Positions 22,724 to 33,161 are shown, numbered from the stretch's first letter. The stretch is DNA of 64,000 bases from an uncultured Verrucomicrobiae bacterium (GCA_963813025.1 CAWEXO010000005.1:160001-224000), one strand, 5' to 3'. Made by a program: numbers and translations. The notes: generated by a model not told the origin, from the letters alone.

Positions 22724-22765
22724 CCATTGGCCATCGGTCATCGTCCATCGGTCATCGCTCATTGC
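22724..22765. repeat. Heptamer tandem repeat, 6 units
   Basis: ccattgg ccatcgg tcatcgt ccatcgg tcatcgc tcattgc. Confidence 0.8.
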
Positions 22766-22843
22766 TTCTGCGCGCCAGGTACAAAAAAGCTACAATGCGT
22801 TGCTCCGCGCACATTCGCCAAGCGACTGTTTTTCTCCTATCAG

Positions 22844-23740
22844 ATGAATATCGTGGCTGCTCTTCTGAAACTCGCATGGAAACACGCCCGATCCGTCGCG
22901 GCCGGTGTGTTCCTGCTCTGCGCACCGGCCGCCTTTGCCCGAAATGTAATTATCTTTGTGGCCGACGGCCTCCGCTCCGGATCGGTGAATGAGCAGGACG
23001 CCCCCACGCTCACCTCGATCCGCGAAAAAGGCGTGTTCTTTCAGAACAGCCATGCACTGTTCCCGACCTTCACGACGCCGAACGCCTCCGCGATCGCCAC
23101 CGGACATTATCTTGGCGACACCGGTGATTTCAGTAACACGGTTTACACTGGTTACCTCACCGCTCGGTTGGACAATACCCAGACCCCTTTTATCGAAAGC
23201 GATTCCGTCCTCAGCGACATCGACAAGCATTTCTCGGGCAATTTTCTAGACGAAGAGACTTTGCTGGCTTTTGCCAAGGATCACGGCTTTGAAACGGCCG
23301 CCGTCGGAAAGGTCGGTCCAACGTTGATCCAAGTGATCGCTGAAGCGAACCCTGTTCACGGCTCGGTTCCGATCCCCGGGACAATCATTATCGATGATGC
23401 GACCGGAAAAAAGGGAGGCGTGCCCCTGAGTTCGCGAGCAGCAGAAGCACTCACTGCTGCAAGACTTCCTCTGGTGGCGCCCGACCGATCAAATCAAACC
23501 GCGCCAACCGCCCCGGAAAACAACGGCTATCCGGGGACAAACGAAACGCCGGGCACAGTGCAGCCAAATGTCTCCCAGCAACAATACTTTACCGACGCCT
23601 TTACCAAAGCGGTCCTTCCCCTTTTCGTAGGAGAACACCAGCCCTTCGCCGCGGTCTTCTGGACCCGCGATCCGGACGGCACGCAGCGCGGACGCTGGCT
23701 TACATCCTCAAATTTCGAATTCCGCTCAAAGGAGATCTGA
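22844..23740 (+). pseudogene. Alkaline phosphatase/nucleotide pyrophosphatase family, C-terminally truncated
   Basis: IFVADGLR, FPTFTTPNAS..ATG. Homology ends at WTRDPDGTQ, before the expected His and the downstream DHG motif. Confidence 0.75.
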
Positions 23741-24052
23741 CTGGGCGCGTCCTTCTGGAGGCTTTGGCCTCCGGGCCGGCAAAGGTCGCTTTTTCGCGCT
23801 TAACAGTCCGCTCTGAACCAAACGCTAACGGAATGGCAACAGTTCTGAATTTTCAGGAAGTCGGCGGCACGCGGTATTTCGATGCAGCGGGTTTTCCCGG
23901 AAGAACGGTCGGGCTGCAAGCCGGGCATTGAGGTAGTGCCAGTGCTGGTGCTAGTGCTAGTGTCGGTTGTCAGCAGCATGGTCGGACTAGCAGCGCCTTA
24001 TTTCCGCTGACGCGTGAGGCGACGACGCATCCGGCCCTGCGTGGGACGCTAC

Positions 24053-25019
24053 GTAGCGCCGACGGCCTCGTCGGTACACCCCGGGGGAGATTGCCCAGCA
24101 CGTCGCGCAATCAGTCGATCTCAACGGCGCAGGTGATACGTAGCGCCGACGGCCTCGTCGGTACACCCCGGGGGAGATGCCCAGCACGTTGCGCAATCAG
24201 TCGATCTCAACGGCGCAGGTGATACGTAGCGCCGACGGCCTCGTCGGTACACCCCGGGGAAGGTGCCCAGCACGTTGGGCAATCAGTCGATCTCAACGGC
24301 ACAGGCGATACGTGGCGCCGACGGCCTCGTCGGTACATTGCGGAATCCAAGCAAAGCCGGTCTTAGTCCAGATGAATACACGCTCTGGAGTTATGCATAG
24401 CGCAGCTTTGAGCGTCACCGGATCGAGGGGATCGCACGACGTCTTGGGCGTGTACACCGGAGTACCGACGGGGCCGTCGGCGCTACGCAACGCACACGCC
24501 TTTCTGGGTCACCGGATCGAGTGGATCGCGCGACGTCTTGGGCGTGTTCACCGCGTACCGACGGGGCCGTCGGCGCTACGCAACGCACACGCCTTTTGTG
24601 GTCACGGGATCGAGCGGATCGCACGACGTCTTTCGGCGTGTTTACGGGCGTACCGACGGGGCCGTCGGCGCTACGCCGACCTCGGGCGTGCCCGAATACG
24701 TCGCGCAATCAGTCGATCTCAAGGGCGCAGGTGCTACGTAACGCCGACGGCCTCGTCGGTACATCCCGGGAAGGTGCCCAGCACGTTGAGCAATCAGTCG
24801 ATCTCAACGGCACAGGCAATACGTAGCGCCGACGGCCTCGTCGGTACACCCCGGGGAAGGTGCCCAGCACGTTGAGCAATCAGTCGATCTCAACGGCACA
24901 GGCGATACGTAGCGCCGACGGCCTCGTCGGTACACCCCGGGGAAGGTGCCCAGCACGTTGCGCAATCAGTCGATCTCAACGGCACAGGCGATACGTAGTG
25001 CCGACGGCCTCGTCGGTAC
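24053..25019. repeat. REP array left of RAYT (11 REP copies, both orientations)
   Basis: GTAGCGCCGACGGCCTCGTCGGTAC-like copies at 24053, 24140, 24226, 24312, 24738, 24823, 24909, 24995. Inverted GCCC-loop variant at 24462, 24555, 24650. Confidence 0.92.
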
Positions 25020-25082
25020 ATTGCGGGATCCACTGGACAGTCTTGCAAAACAGAATCACAACTATTATAAAATTGGTTATAT

Positions 25083-25697
25083 ATGCGAGAACGTTTTCAG
25101 CCCTTCTCAAGGGGCGGCGCAGTGTCAAGGCACCGCCGGCGGCTCCCGCACTGGCAGCAAAACGGTGCGACATACTTTGTGACGTTCCGATTGGCTGACT
25201 CGGTTCCACAAGTGCTGCTCCAGAGATCGGAAGAGGAAAAGGCCTCTTGGCTTCGAAACAACCCGAAACCTTGGAAGCCGGCTGCGGCTCAAGAATATAG
25301 AACTCGCTTCTCCAACAAAATGGAGCGGTGGCTCGATAGGGGCTATGGCAGTTGTCTGCTCCGGAATCCTGAAATCCGGGCTGTTGTGGAAGAACATCTG
25401 CTGTTTCAACACGAAAGGGAATATTTCCTAAATAGCTTCGTAGTGATGCCGAACCACGTCCATGTTCTGGTCGTTCCACGGCAACCACTCGCGAAATTGG
25501 TGCAAAGGTGGAAGTCTTGCTCTTGCCGGCGTATCAACACACTCCGCCGAGGTTTGGGAACTCTGTGGATGCGGGAATACTTTGATCACATCGTTCGTGA
25601 TGCTGTCCGGCTGGAAAGATTTCGCGATTACCTGCGAAGCAATCCAAGCAAAGCCGGTCTTAGTCCAGATGAATACACGCTCTGGACTTATGCATAA
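25083..25697 (+). CDS. rayT: REP-associated tyrosine transposase (RAYT/TnpA-REP, Y1 HUH)
   Basis: RRLPHW..GATYFVTFRL, VVMPNHVH (HUH), LWMREYFDHIVRD, YLRSNP (catalytic Tyr); flanked by GTAG REPs. Confidence 0.93.
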   Translation: MRERFQPFSRGGAVSRHRRRLPHWQQNGATYFVTFRLADSVPQVLLQRSEEEKASWLRNNPKPWKPAAAQEYRTRFSNKMERWLDRGYGSCLLRNPEIRAVVEEHLLFQHEREYFLNSFVVMPNHVHVLVVPRQPLAKLVQRWKSCSCRRINTLRRGLGTLWMREYFDHIVRDAVRLERFRDYLRSNPSKAGLSPDEYTLWTYA

Positions 25698-25758
25698 CGC
25701 GGCTTTCTGCGTCACCGGATCGAGTGGATCGCGCGGCCTCTTGGGTGTGTTTACCGGA

Positions 25759-26113
25759 GAACCGACGGGGCACGTCGGTGCTACGCCGACCTCGGGCGTG
25801 CCCAGCACGTCGCGCAATCAGTCGATCTCAACGGCGCAGGTGATATGTAGCGCCGACGGCCTCGTCGGTACATTGCGGAATCCAGGCAAAGCCGGTCTTA
25901 GTCCAGACGAATACACGCTCTGGACTTATGCATAACGCGGCTTTCTGGTTCACCGGATCGAGGGATCGCACGACGTCTTGGGCGTGTGTACCGGAGTACC
26001 GACGGGGCCGTCGGCGCTAGCAACGCGCACGCCTTTCTGCGTCACGGGATCGAGGGGATCGCACGACGTCTTGGGCGTGTGTACCGGAGTACCGACGGGG
26101 CCGTCGGCGCTAC
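25759..26113. repeat. REP array right of RAYT (4 REP copies)
   Basis: Copies at about 25759 (inverted), 25847, 25996 (inverted), 26089 (inverted). Confidence 0.9.
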
Positions 26114-26115
26114 GC

Positions 26116-26577
26116 CTACACCTTCAGTTCGGTCTCTTCCTGCTCAAACAGCTCAAGGCTTACGGCCGGTTCTGTTGCCTCCAGAAGTGATTTGCGGGAT
26201 TTGGCGTCGCGAAAGATTCGCATCAGCAGGCCTACCACCCGCAAATACTCCGAATCCAGGGCTTTCGGAACGCCAATCACAAAGAGGAACTGCAGAAAAC
26301 TGTTTCGCTCCTCGAGTGGGGGTAATAAGCGTCCAAAAGCCATCACCATCTCGTTTACGGCGTTGGTTCGGATATGTACAAGAGCAAGGCCGAAATCGTA
26401 AGTAGCTTTGCTTTTGCTTTCCTTGTCAATCAACTGATTGTAAAACTGTCGCCAATCGACGACGCGCGCGTCTTGCTGCAGAGATTGCGCCACCCGACGC
26501 ACGGCTTCTTCCCGCGTGCCCACTTTTATATCCAGCAGGACGTTTTCCGGGCGCAGCGCTTCGCGAAACCGGATCAT
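26116..26577 (-). CDS. PTS IIA domain protein (PtsN-like)
   Basis: GLALVHIRT resembles the GxAxPH phospho-His motif; 153 aa. Confidence 0.75.
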   Translation of the reverse strand: MIRFREALRPENVLLDIKVGTREEAVRRVAQSLQQDARVVDWRQFYNQLIDKESKSKATYDFGLALVHIRTNAVNEMVMAFGRLLPPLEERNSFLQFLFVIGVPKALDSEYLRVVGLLMRIFRDAKSRKSLLEATEPAVSLELFEQEETELKV

Positions 26578-27437
26578 AGGGCGCTCCCGCTCCAGCGGAG
26601 TTTCGCGCGGAGAATATCGGCAAAGGTGAGGTCCTTCGGCAGGAGCAGGGGTAGACGCGCTTCCGCCGCGCGCACGACAACCGAGTCCCCACCAGAGATC
26701 TGGGTGGCGTCCTGACCATCGACGCTGAAAAGCAACGGCAGCTCAACCCGACTTGGGCGCAAGGTAATGATGGAGCGGTTGGAAACGATGACCGAGCGAT
26801 TAGTGAGCACGTGCGGACAAATCGGCGTGACAAGAAATACTCCTGAGTTTGGGCTGACGATCGGACCTCCGGCCGAGAGCGAATAGGCAGTTGAGCCAGT
26901 CGCGGTCGCCAGGATCAATCCGTCCGCATTGTATTCGGCAAGAAACGTTTGATCAGTCCAGACCTCCACCTGGACAAGGCGCGCTCGCTCGCCCCGCGAA
27001 ACGACGACATCATTCAAGCCGAGCTGGCGGTGGATCAGTTTGCCATCGTGCTCCAGACGCGCTTCCAAAAGCGTACGTTCGTCCACTCGGTAATCCGCGA
27101 CGGCCAATGCACGAGCCGCGATCGCGAAGTCGGGACCGCCGAAACAGGTGAGAAATCCGAGCGAACCGAAATTAATTCCCATGACGGGTTTCGTTTTGCC
27201 GTTAAGGTCGCGCACCAGCCGCAGGAGGGTACCGTCACCGCCAAGGGCGACAAACAGATCAACTTGTTCGTAGAGTTCGTCCAACGCGCGCCCTTTTTCG
27301 CCGATCAGCCGAGCCGAGTCCCGCTCCAGAAGAGTTGAGATACCCTCCTGACGGAGAGCTGTCAGAAGCACTCTGAGCGACTCGGCCGCACCGGGTTTGC
27401 GCCAGTGGGCATAAATTCCTAGCGTCAGCGAAGACAT
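26574..27437 (-). CDS. nadK: NAD kinase
   Basis: LGGDGTLL, GINFGSLGFL, NDVV, ADGLI.ATATGSTAYSLSAGGP. Confidence 0.95.
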   Translation of the reverse strand: MSSLTLGIYAHWRKPGAAESLRVLLTALRQEGISTLLERDSARLIGEKGRALDELYEQVDLFVALGGDGTLLRLVRDLNGKTKPVMGINFGSLGFLTCFGGPDFAIAARALAVADYRVDERTLLEARLEHDGKLIHRQLGLNDVVVSRGERARLVQVEVWTDQTFLAEYNADGLILATATGSTAYSLSAGGPIVSPNSGVFLVTPICPHVLTNRSVIVSNRSIITLRPSRVELPLLFSVDGQDATQISGGDSVVVRAAEARLPLLLPKDLTFADILRAKLRWSGSAL

Positions 27438-28162
27438 CCGAGAAATTCCCTGTTTCCTTTTGCTCCAGTGATCGGCGATTCTATTGCGCCGAGCCATTCG
27501 CGATACAGCACATTGAGGCAGTATTGTCTGATTCGCTCCACCGCCAGGAACCGGCTGTTCAGGTCGCGCACTATTCCTCCTTTTCCAACCTGCTCGGAAG
27601 AAAGCTCGAACTGTGGTTTAATAAGAACGATTACGAAGCCGCCCGCCTCGACACAAGAAAACATTGCCGGCAGAACGAGGGTCAACGAAATGAAGGAGAC
27701 ATCGGCGACCGCGAGCGTCACCTTATTTCCCAGCATCTCTGGCGTCAGGTAGCGCGCGTTCTGACCTTCAAGGAGGGTTACGCGGGGGTCTGTGCGCAGC
27801 TTCCAGGCAAGCTGATTGTGACCCACATCCACCGCGATCACCCGGGCAGCGCCGTTTTGCAAAAGACAATCGGTGAAACCTCCGGTTGAGGAACCCACAT
27901 CCAGACAGGTTTGCCCTTCCGGGAAAACCTGAAAATGTTGCAAGGCTGCTTCCAGCTTATAGCCACCTCGTCCGACGAATTTCTCGCGCGCTTTCACCTG
28001 CACCGCGATGCCTGGCTTCACCAGCGAACCGGGTTTGTCGATGATCTGCTCGTTCACGAGCACCTGACCGGCCCGGATCAAACGCTGCGCGCTTTCACGC
28101 GAATCGACTTTTCCGAGCTCCACCAACAATCGATCGATCCTGGTCTTTTTGCCGGGCTCCAC
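27425..28162 (-). CDS. tlyA: TlyA family rRNA 2'-O-methyltransferase
   Basis: S4 domain, RGGYKL, DVGSSTGGFTD, DVSFISL, LIKPQFE, GAKGNREF. Confidence 0.93.
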   Translation of the reverse strand: MEPGKKTRIDRLLVELGKVDSRESAQRLIRAGQVLVNEQIIDKPGSLVKPGIAVQVKAREKFVGRGGYKLEAALQHFQVFPEGQTCLDVGSSTGGFTDCLLQNGAARVIAVDVGHNQLAWKLRTDPRVTLLEGQNARYLTPEMLGNKVTLAVADVSFISLTLVLPAMFSCVEAGGFVIVLIKPQFELSSEQVGKGGIVRDLNSRFLAVERIRQYCLNVLYREWLGAIESPITGAKGNREFLGCLR

Positions 28163-28247
28163 TTCTAGTAAATATCCGACCTAACCCGTCGAAATAAAAG
28201 CTTGATAAAGGGAACAAAATCTATTCGGGTTCCCGAGCCGGATACTT

Positions 28248-28523
28248 ATGTCGTCTCAAGATCTCAAGGAGCAGATCAAAGAAATGTTGATCAACAATTT
28301 GATGCTTCGGACCCCGAAAGAAGAAATTGGTGATGATTTGCCGTTGTTTGGGCCGGAAGGGCTTGGCTTGGATTCGATCGACGCTCTGCAACTGGTCGTC
28401 AGCTTGGAGAAAACCTTTGGAGTCGGGATTCCCAACTCAAATGTGGCCAGGATCGCCCTCGAGACCGTAAACAGCATTCACGATTACATTGTGCGCAACA
28501 GAACACCGGGCAGCGCCACGTGA
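28248..28523 (+). CDS. Acyl carrier protein
   Basis: PLFGPEGLGLDSIDALQL phosphopantetheine site. Confidence 0.88.
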   Translation: MSSQDLKEQIKEMLINNLMLRTPKEEIGDDLPLFGPEGLGLDSIDALQLVVSLEKTFGVGIPNSNVARIALETVNSIHDYIVRNRTPGSAT

Positions 28524-28531
28524 GGCGGGTC

Positions 28532-28882
28532 CGTTTCACGTTTCACGTTTCGTGTTTCACGTTACTTCTTGCCCCTGTGCTCGGTAGGGACGAGCTCCGC
28601 TCGTCCGAATGGCGAGATCCACCTGCGCTCAAATGGTCAAGCAGGAATTTGACCGGAGTTTGACCCTGCCGCCTCAGGTGTTGCGGGACAATCTCTTTAT
28701 TCGAACCTCCGGCGGGAACTCGTTTGAGCCGCACACAGGGGGTGTGCCACACCTCCACGACGGCTCAAACAAGTTCTCGCTGACGCTCGAATGAATTTTC
28801 GCCCTACCAGCACAGAGCCCAGGAATGTTCCGAGGCGCTCTCTGAATTCTCCCCGACCGACGCGAAACGTGAAACGTGAAAC
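28532..28882. repeat. REPIN-like element (about 28573-28815) framed by inverted GTTTCAC/GTGAAAC heptamer tracts
   Basis: gtagggacgagctccgctcgtcc at 28584; gaatgaattttcgccctac ends 28807; (gtttcac)n 28532-28563 and (gtgaaac)n about 28860-28882. Confidence 0.8.
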
Positions 28883-28883
28883 C

Positions 28884-29969
28884 CTATGCCGCCCCCGTCA
28901 CGGTCTCGGCACGATTGATCGCATCAATCAACTGACGGATCCGTCCAAAGTTTCCTCGGTGGGGAATCCCTACTATTCGCGACAATCGGTTCAGCTCCGG
29001 CTCATTCTGTTCCTGTTTCAGCGGCGGCGACGCGCGGAACGGACCCTTGCCTGCGAGGTCACCAAATTCACGGTTAAGGTCATCGAGAGCTCCCGCCGTA
29101 AGCTGCTCCTGAAGCCGGATCACCAGACGGTCGCCGACCCACCGGTAGGAGTGAAAGTTCCGATAGAATTGGATAATCTCCGCGACGGCCTGCTCCACAT
29201 TTTCGGTCACCCGGAAAAGGCAAAGGTCCGCCGGTGAAATCAATTCGGCGCCAAGCAGGTGCCGGGTGAGAAATTCGTGCCAGGTTTTCCAATAGGTACC
29301 GCCTTCCTGGTCCACCAGAACCATCGGAATGATTCTGGATTTCCCGGTTTGCATCAGCGTCAGGCATTCAAACCCTTCGTCCATGGTGCCGAACCCTCCC
29401 GGAAAAAGCGCGATCGCATGCGTCTCTTTGACGAAATTGACCTTGCGCGTGAAGAAATAGTTAAAATTCACGAGTTTTGGGTCGCCATTGATAATTTCAT
29501 TTGCCCGCTGCTCGAATGGCAGGCGGATATTCAATCCAAAGCTGTGCTCTCGTTCAGCCCCTTTTTGGGCAGCCCCCATGATACCGTCTCCGCCCCCGGT
29601 GATAATCATATAGCCGTGCTCGCGAATCAGGCGGGCGAATCGTTCGGCCGCCGAAAATGCCGGTTGACCGGCGGAGGTCCGGGCTGAGCCAAAGATCGCT
29701 ATCTTTCGGATACCTTGGTAGGGAGCAAAAGCCTTGGCCGCTGCCCGCAATTCCTTCAACGACCGATTGATCATCTTCAGATCCGGCACGGGCACAGCAT
29801 CGCTTCCCATCCGCAGCGCGGTCACGATCATCTCGGCAATAAGCTCGGGCGACTGCCGGACGCCCCAGTCAGACACCAACTCCTGGATCCGCCGATCGAA
29901 TTCAGGATCGCCCGAAGAGGCAAAGGACGTCTGGAGAGCATGGATACCGCCCGCGGTAAAATCTTGCAC
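28884..29969 (-). CDS. LOG family (TIGR00730-type) nucleotide monophosphate phosphoribohydrolase
   Basis: FGSART, TGGGDGIM, FNYFFTRK, PGGFGTMDE. Confidence 0.9.
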   Translation of the reverse strand: MQDFTAGGIHALQTSFASSGDPEFDRRIQELVSDWGVRQSPELIAEMIVTALRMGSDAVPVPDLKMINRSLKELRAAAKAFAPYQGIRKIAIFGSARTSAGQPAFSAAERFARLIREHGYMIITGGGDGIMGAAQKGAEREHSFGLNIRLPFEQRANEIINGDPKLVNFNYFFTRKVNFVKETHAIALFPGGFGTMDEGFECLTLMQTGKSRIIPMVLVDQEGGTYWKTWHEFLTRHLLGAELISPADLCLFRVTENVEQAVAEIIQFYRNFHSYRWVGDRLVIRLQEQLTAGALDDLNREFGDLAGKGPFRASPPLKQEQNEPELNRLSRIVGIPHRGNFGRIRQLIDAINRAETVTGAA

Positions 29970-30261
29970 AACTTGATCTAAAACGGCTCCTCACTGATTG
30001 CATTAAGAAAAAGGTTGAGCGGGCCTGCATCGCTTTATCCGGCCTGAGCCGAAAGGAGCCCCGGCTCGGAGGGTTGAAGCGGCACGGGTCCATCCGGCGG
30101 CGCTGCTTGTCGGTCGCGCAGGAATTCACGCTATTCTCCCTCCGCGCGCCTTGCCACTGGACTCGTGGCGCTTCAACCGTGCTCCCGCTACACTAAACAG
30201 TGCCCTAGTCGGTTGCGATTTGTCGTTCGGCTCAATCCGTGCTAATGCCTCGGTTCCTTTC

Positions 30262-31281
30262 ATGATTGTCATATTAAAGCCGAACAGTCCGCCGGATAAA
30301 ATTGACGAGGTCATCCAGGAGGTCGCCAAGCTCGGGTACACCCCCCATCCGATCCGCGGCGAACTGCAGACGGTCGTTGCGGCGATCGGGGATGAGAGAA
30401 CCCATCACACCCTGGAATCGCTTACCGTGCTCCCGCAGGTCGAACGGGTATTGCGCGTGCAGAAGCGGTTCAAGCTGGCCAGCCGTGAGTCGCGAACGGA
30501 GGGAACGGTTGTCGATGTCGATGGATTATTGATCGGCGGAGACAGTTTTGTAGTGATGGCCGGCCCGTGCAGTGTGGAATCCGAAGAACAGCTTCTGACG
30601 ACCGCTCGTGCGGTCAAAGCTGGAGGCGCCACCGTTCTCCGCGGCGGAGCTTACAAACCGCGGACCTCGCCGTATGAATTCCAGGGCCTCGGGAAGGAAG
30701 GCTTGCGCCTCCTGGAATGCGCGAAGCGAGAGACCGGCTTAAAAATCATTACCGAAGTGTTGAGCGAACGCGACGTCGAGCATGTCGCGGAAACGGCTGA
30801 TATTTTGCAGATCGGCGCCCGTAATTCACAGAATTTCCAATTGCTCGTCGAGTGCGCCCGATCTCGGAAGCCGGTCCTGCTGAAGCGCGGCATGAGCGAG
30901 CGGATCGAGGAGTGGCTGCTGGCGGCGGAGTACCTGCTGGCGAATGGCAATCCGAATGTGCTGCTTTGCGAGCGGGGCATTCGCACGTTCGAGAATTATA
31001 CTCGAAACACACTGGATCTCTCCGCCGTGGCGATTGCCAAGAGAGAGTCGCACCTGCCGGTCATTGTCGATCCGAGCCAGGGTTGCGGCCGGGCTGATCT
31101 CGTAAAGGTTCTTTGCCGTGGCGCCATCGCCGTCGGGGCGGATGGGCTGTTGGTGGAGGTCCACCCGAATCCGGCCGAAGCGTTGAGCGACGGCCAACAG
31201 CAAATAGATTTCCAGCTCTTTGCTGAGTTGGTCGACGAATCGATGCCTTTTCTGAATGCCGCCGGTCGAAAAATCGTCTAG
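30262..31281 (+). CDS. aroF: DAHP synthase, class I-beta, with N-terminal regulatory domain
   Basis: AGPCSVES, RGGAYKPRTSPY, QIGARN, LKRG, ERGIRTF, VDPSQ. Confidence 0.95.
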   Translation: MIVILKPNSPPDKIDEVIQEVAKLGYTPHPIRGELQTVVAAIGDERTHHTLESLTVLPQVERVLRVQKRFKLASRESRTEGTVVDVDGLLIGGDSFVVMAGPCSVESEEQLLTTARAVKAGGATVLRGGAYKPRTSPYEFQGLGKEGLRLLECAKRETGLKIITEVLSERDVEHVAETADILQIGARNSQNFQLLVECARSRKPVLLKRGMSERIEEWLLAAEYLLANGNPNVLLCERGIRTFENYTRNTLDLSAVAIAKRESHLPVIVDPSQGCGRADLVKVLCRGAIAVGADGLLVEVHPNPAEALSDGQQQIDFQLFAELVDESMPFLNAAGRKIV

Positions 31282-31427
31282 TTGAATGGATTAACCCCTC
31301 ATCGAGCGTTTCCGCGGAGCAGGCATCCGCAAAGCGGCGAACTTTCGAAGAACTTGCGACCAGAACCGCTGGATTGCTAAAACAGGCGCACATTGCTGAA
31401 TCACTCCCGATTTCCAGACCAGCATTC

Positions 31428-32681
31428 ATGGATCAGCCCTATGACGTTGCAATAATCGGCGGAGGCCCCGCCGGAAGTACTGCCGGGACCTTTCTAGCCA
31501 GGAAGGGCCGGCGCGTCATCATCCTCGAAAAAGAGACGTTTCCTCGGTTTCGCGTTGGCGAATCGACTCTTCCGGCGATCAATGATATCCTCGAACGACT
31601 CGGGGTCAGGTCGAAAATTGATCAGGGCGGGTTCCTGATAAAGTACGGTGGAGAGATCGTGTCGGCCTGTGGTTCAGCTCGGGCGCGTTTTTATTTCCGG
31701 GACGGCTGGCATTCCCGTCACGAAACGGCGTACCAGGTCGAGCGATCGAGGTTTGACCAGATTCTCCTGGAGCATGCCGTCGAGTCCGGTTGCGAACTGC
31801 GACAGCCCCTGACCGTGAGGAAGATCACGTTTACTCCAAACGAGGTCGCCCTGAGCAGCGATGGCGCGACGATCAAGGCTCGCTACATCATTGATTGCAC
31901 GGGTCGCAACAGCTTGATCGCTCATCATCTCAACCTGAGGCAGCCGTACCCTCATCTCCGCAAATTTTCCGTATTTGCCTTCTTCGACAATATGCGCTGC
32001 GAAGAGGGCGAAATTGGCACAATGACGAAAATGATTCGCGGCGTGGATAGCTGGTTCTGGCTGATTCCGTTGTCTGAACGAACGTGTAGCGTCGGAGTCG
32101 TGATGGACCTGGACCGCTATCGGGCCTTGCGGATGACTCCCGAAGCGGTTTTGCAAAAAAGTATCACCGAACAGCCCGAGCTGAAAAGATCCCTGTTCGA
32201 TGCGAACCCTTGCACCCCCATCTACGCGACGAGCGATTTTTCCTATCATGTCTCGAAATTGGCCGGAGAGCGTTGGCTGCTGGCCGGTGATGCCGCCGGT
32301 TTCCTTGACCCGGTTTTCAGCAACGGGGTTTACCTGGCCTTCTTCTCCGGGGAAAAGGCGGCCCATGCGGTTGAGCAGGCGTTGGCTGATCCTGCTCAGC
32401 GTCGCAAAGCCTTTCAGTGCTATGAGAGGGTCATCCAAAACCGATTCAAGTCTTATTTGAAGCTGGTCAATGCCTGGTACACCCCCGAGTTCGTCGAGAT
32501 CTTTCTGCATCCGCGAGAAATCCTGAATATCGTTCCCACGGTGAACGCGGTTCTTTCCGGCAACCCCAGCCGAAGCTTCGCCGTCCGCTGGCGGATGTGG
32601 TTCTTTTTCCTGCTCGTTTATTTACAGGGACGTTCCCGAAAGCTTGTGCCACAGCTGTCCTTTCAGCCCAGACTTTCATGA
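31428..32681 (+). CDS. FAD-dependent oxidoreductase, flavin-dependent halogenase family
   Basis: GGGPAG, FPRFRVGES, FLIKYG (Lys), WFWLIP (WxWxIP), GDAAGFLDPVFSNGV. Confidence 0.85.
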   Translation: MDQPYDVAIIGGGPAGSTAGTFLARKGRRVIILEKETFPRFRVGESTLPAINDILERLGVRSKIDQGGFLIKYGGEIVSACGSARARFYFRDGWHSRHETAYQVERSRFDQILLEHAVESGCELRQPLTVRKITFTPNEVALSSDGATIKARYIIDCTGRNSLIAHHLNLRQPYPHLRKFSVFAFFDNMRCEEGEIGTMTKMIRGVDSWFWLIPLSERTCSVGVVMDLDRYRALRMTPEAVLQKSITEQPELKRSLFDANPCTPIYATSDFSYHVSKLAGERWLLAGDAAGFLDPVFSNGVYLAFFSGEKAAHAVEQALADPAQRRKAFQCYERVIQNRFKSYLKLVNAWYTPEFVEIFLHPREILNIVPTVNAVLSGNPSRSFAVRWRMWFFFLLVYLQGRSRKLVPQLSFQPRLS

Positions 32682-33157
32682 GGACGCGGTTCTGGTTGTT
32701 GATCGCTCTTGGCGCATTAGCCGGCTGTCAAAGCGTCGAGGAAATCTCGAGCCTTGGTCCCCAGGCGAAGACGCGTATCGGCCAGATGCTTTATCAAACA
32801 CCGAAACGCTCGGTCGCGGCTGACGTCTATCTTAGTACTTTGGCGAATGGCGATTATGCGCTGACCATGACCAAAAGCGGCGTGACAATTCTTCAACTTG
32901 AAGCTCGAGACGATAGCTTGACTGCGGCAGGATTACTGGTTCGCAATGGGTTCACCGGTAATATCCGCCGTCTGCCTGCTCCCCTGCGCCCGTGGGGAGA
33001 ATTCCGCGCGATCATTCCGCATTTTGACGGCAACGAAAACCAGGCAGGGGAACCTGGCCGCTGGCAGGCTACTTTCGAACGAGAGAGCGGCCACCTCACA
33101 ACGGCGGAAATCCGGTTTCAGCAAGGAACGAGCATGGTCTTCAGCTTTAGCCGATAA
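32678..33157 (+). CDS. Hypothetical lipoprotein
   Basis: Lipobox LAGC after hydrophobic stretch; ATGA coupling to halogenase. Confidence 0.75.
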   Translation: MRTRFWLLIALGALAGCQSVEEISSLGPQAKTRIGQMLYQTPKRSVAADVYLSTLANGDYALTMTKSGVTILQLEARDDSLTAAGLLVRNGFTGNIRRLPAPLRPWGEFRAIIPHFDGNENQAGEPGRWQATFERESGHLTTAEIRFQQGTSMVFSFSR

Positions 33158-33161
33158 CCGT

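Noticed and set aside
22442..22762. Long N-terminal extension of HtrA (613-aa ORF)
   Set aside because: It comprises a heptamer tract and an unrelated fragment; the signal region starts at about 22441.
23987..25198. Repetitive ORFs such as 24177-24875
   Set aside because: They are translations of the REP units, with no protein motifs.
24053..26113. CRISPR array
   Set aside because: Spacers are near-identical rather than unique, repeats occur in both orientations with a GTAG foot, a RAYT is embedded, and no cas genes are present.
30020..30132. Possible riboswitch or SRP RNA between LOG and aroF
   Set aside because: It has a hairpin (ctgagccg..cggctcgg) and a short outer stem, but no consensus I can recognise; needs an Rfam scan.
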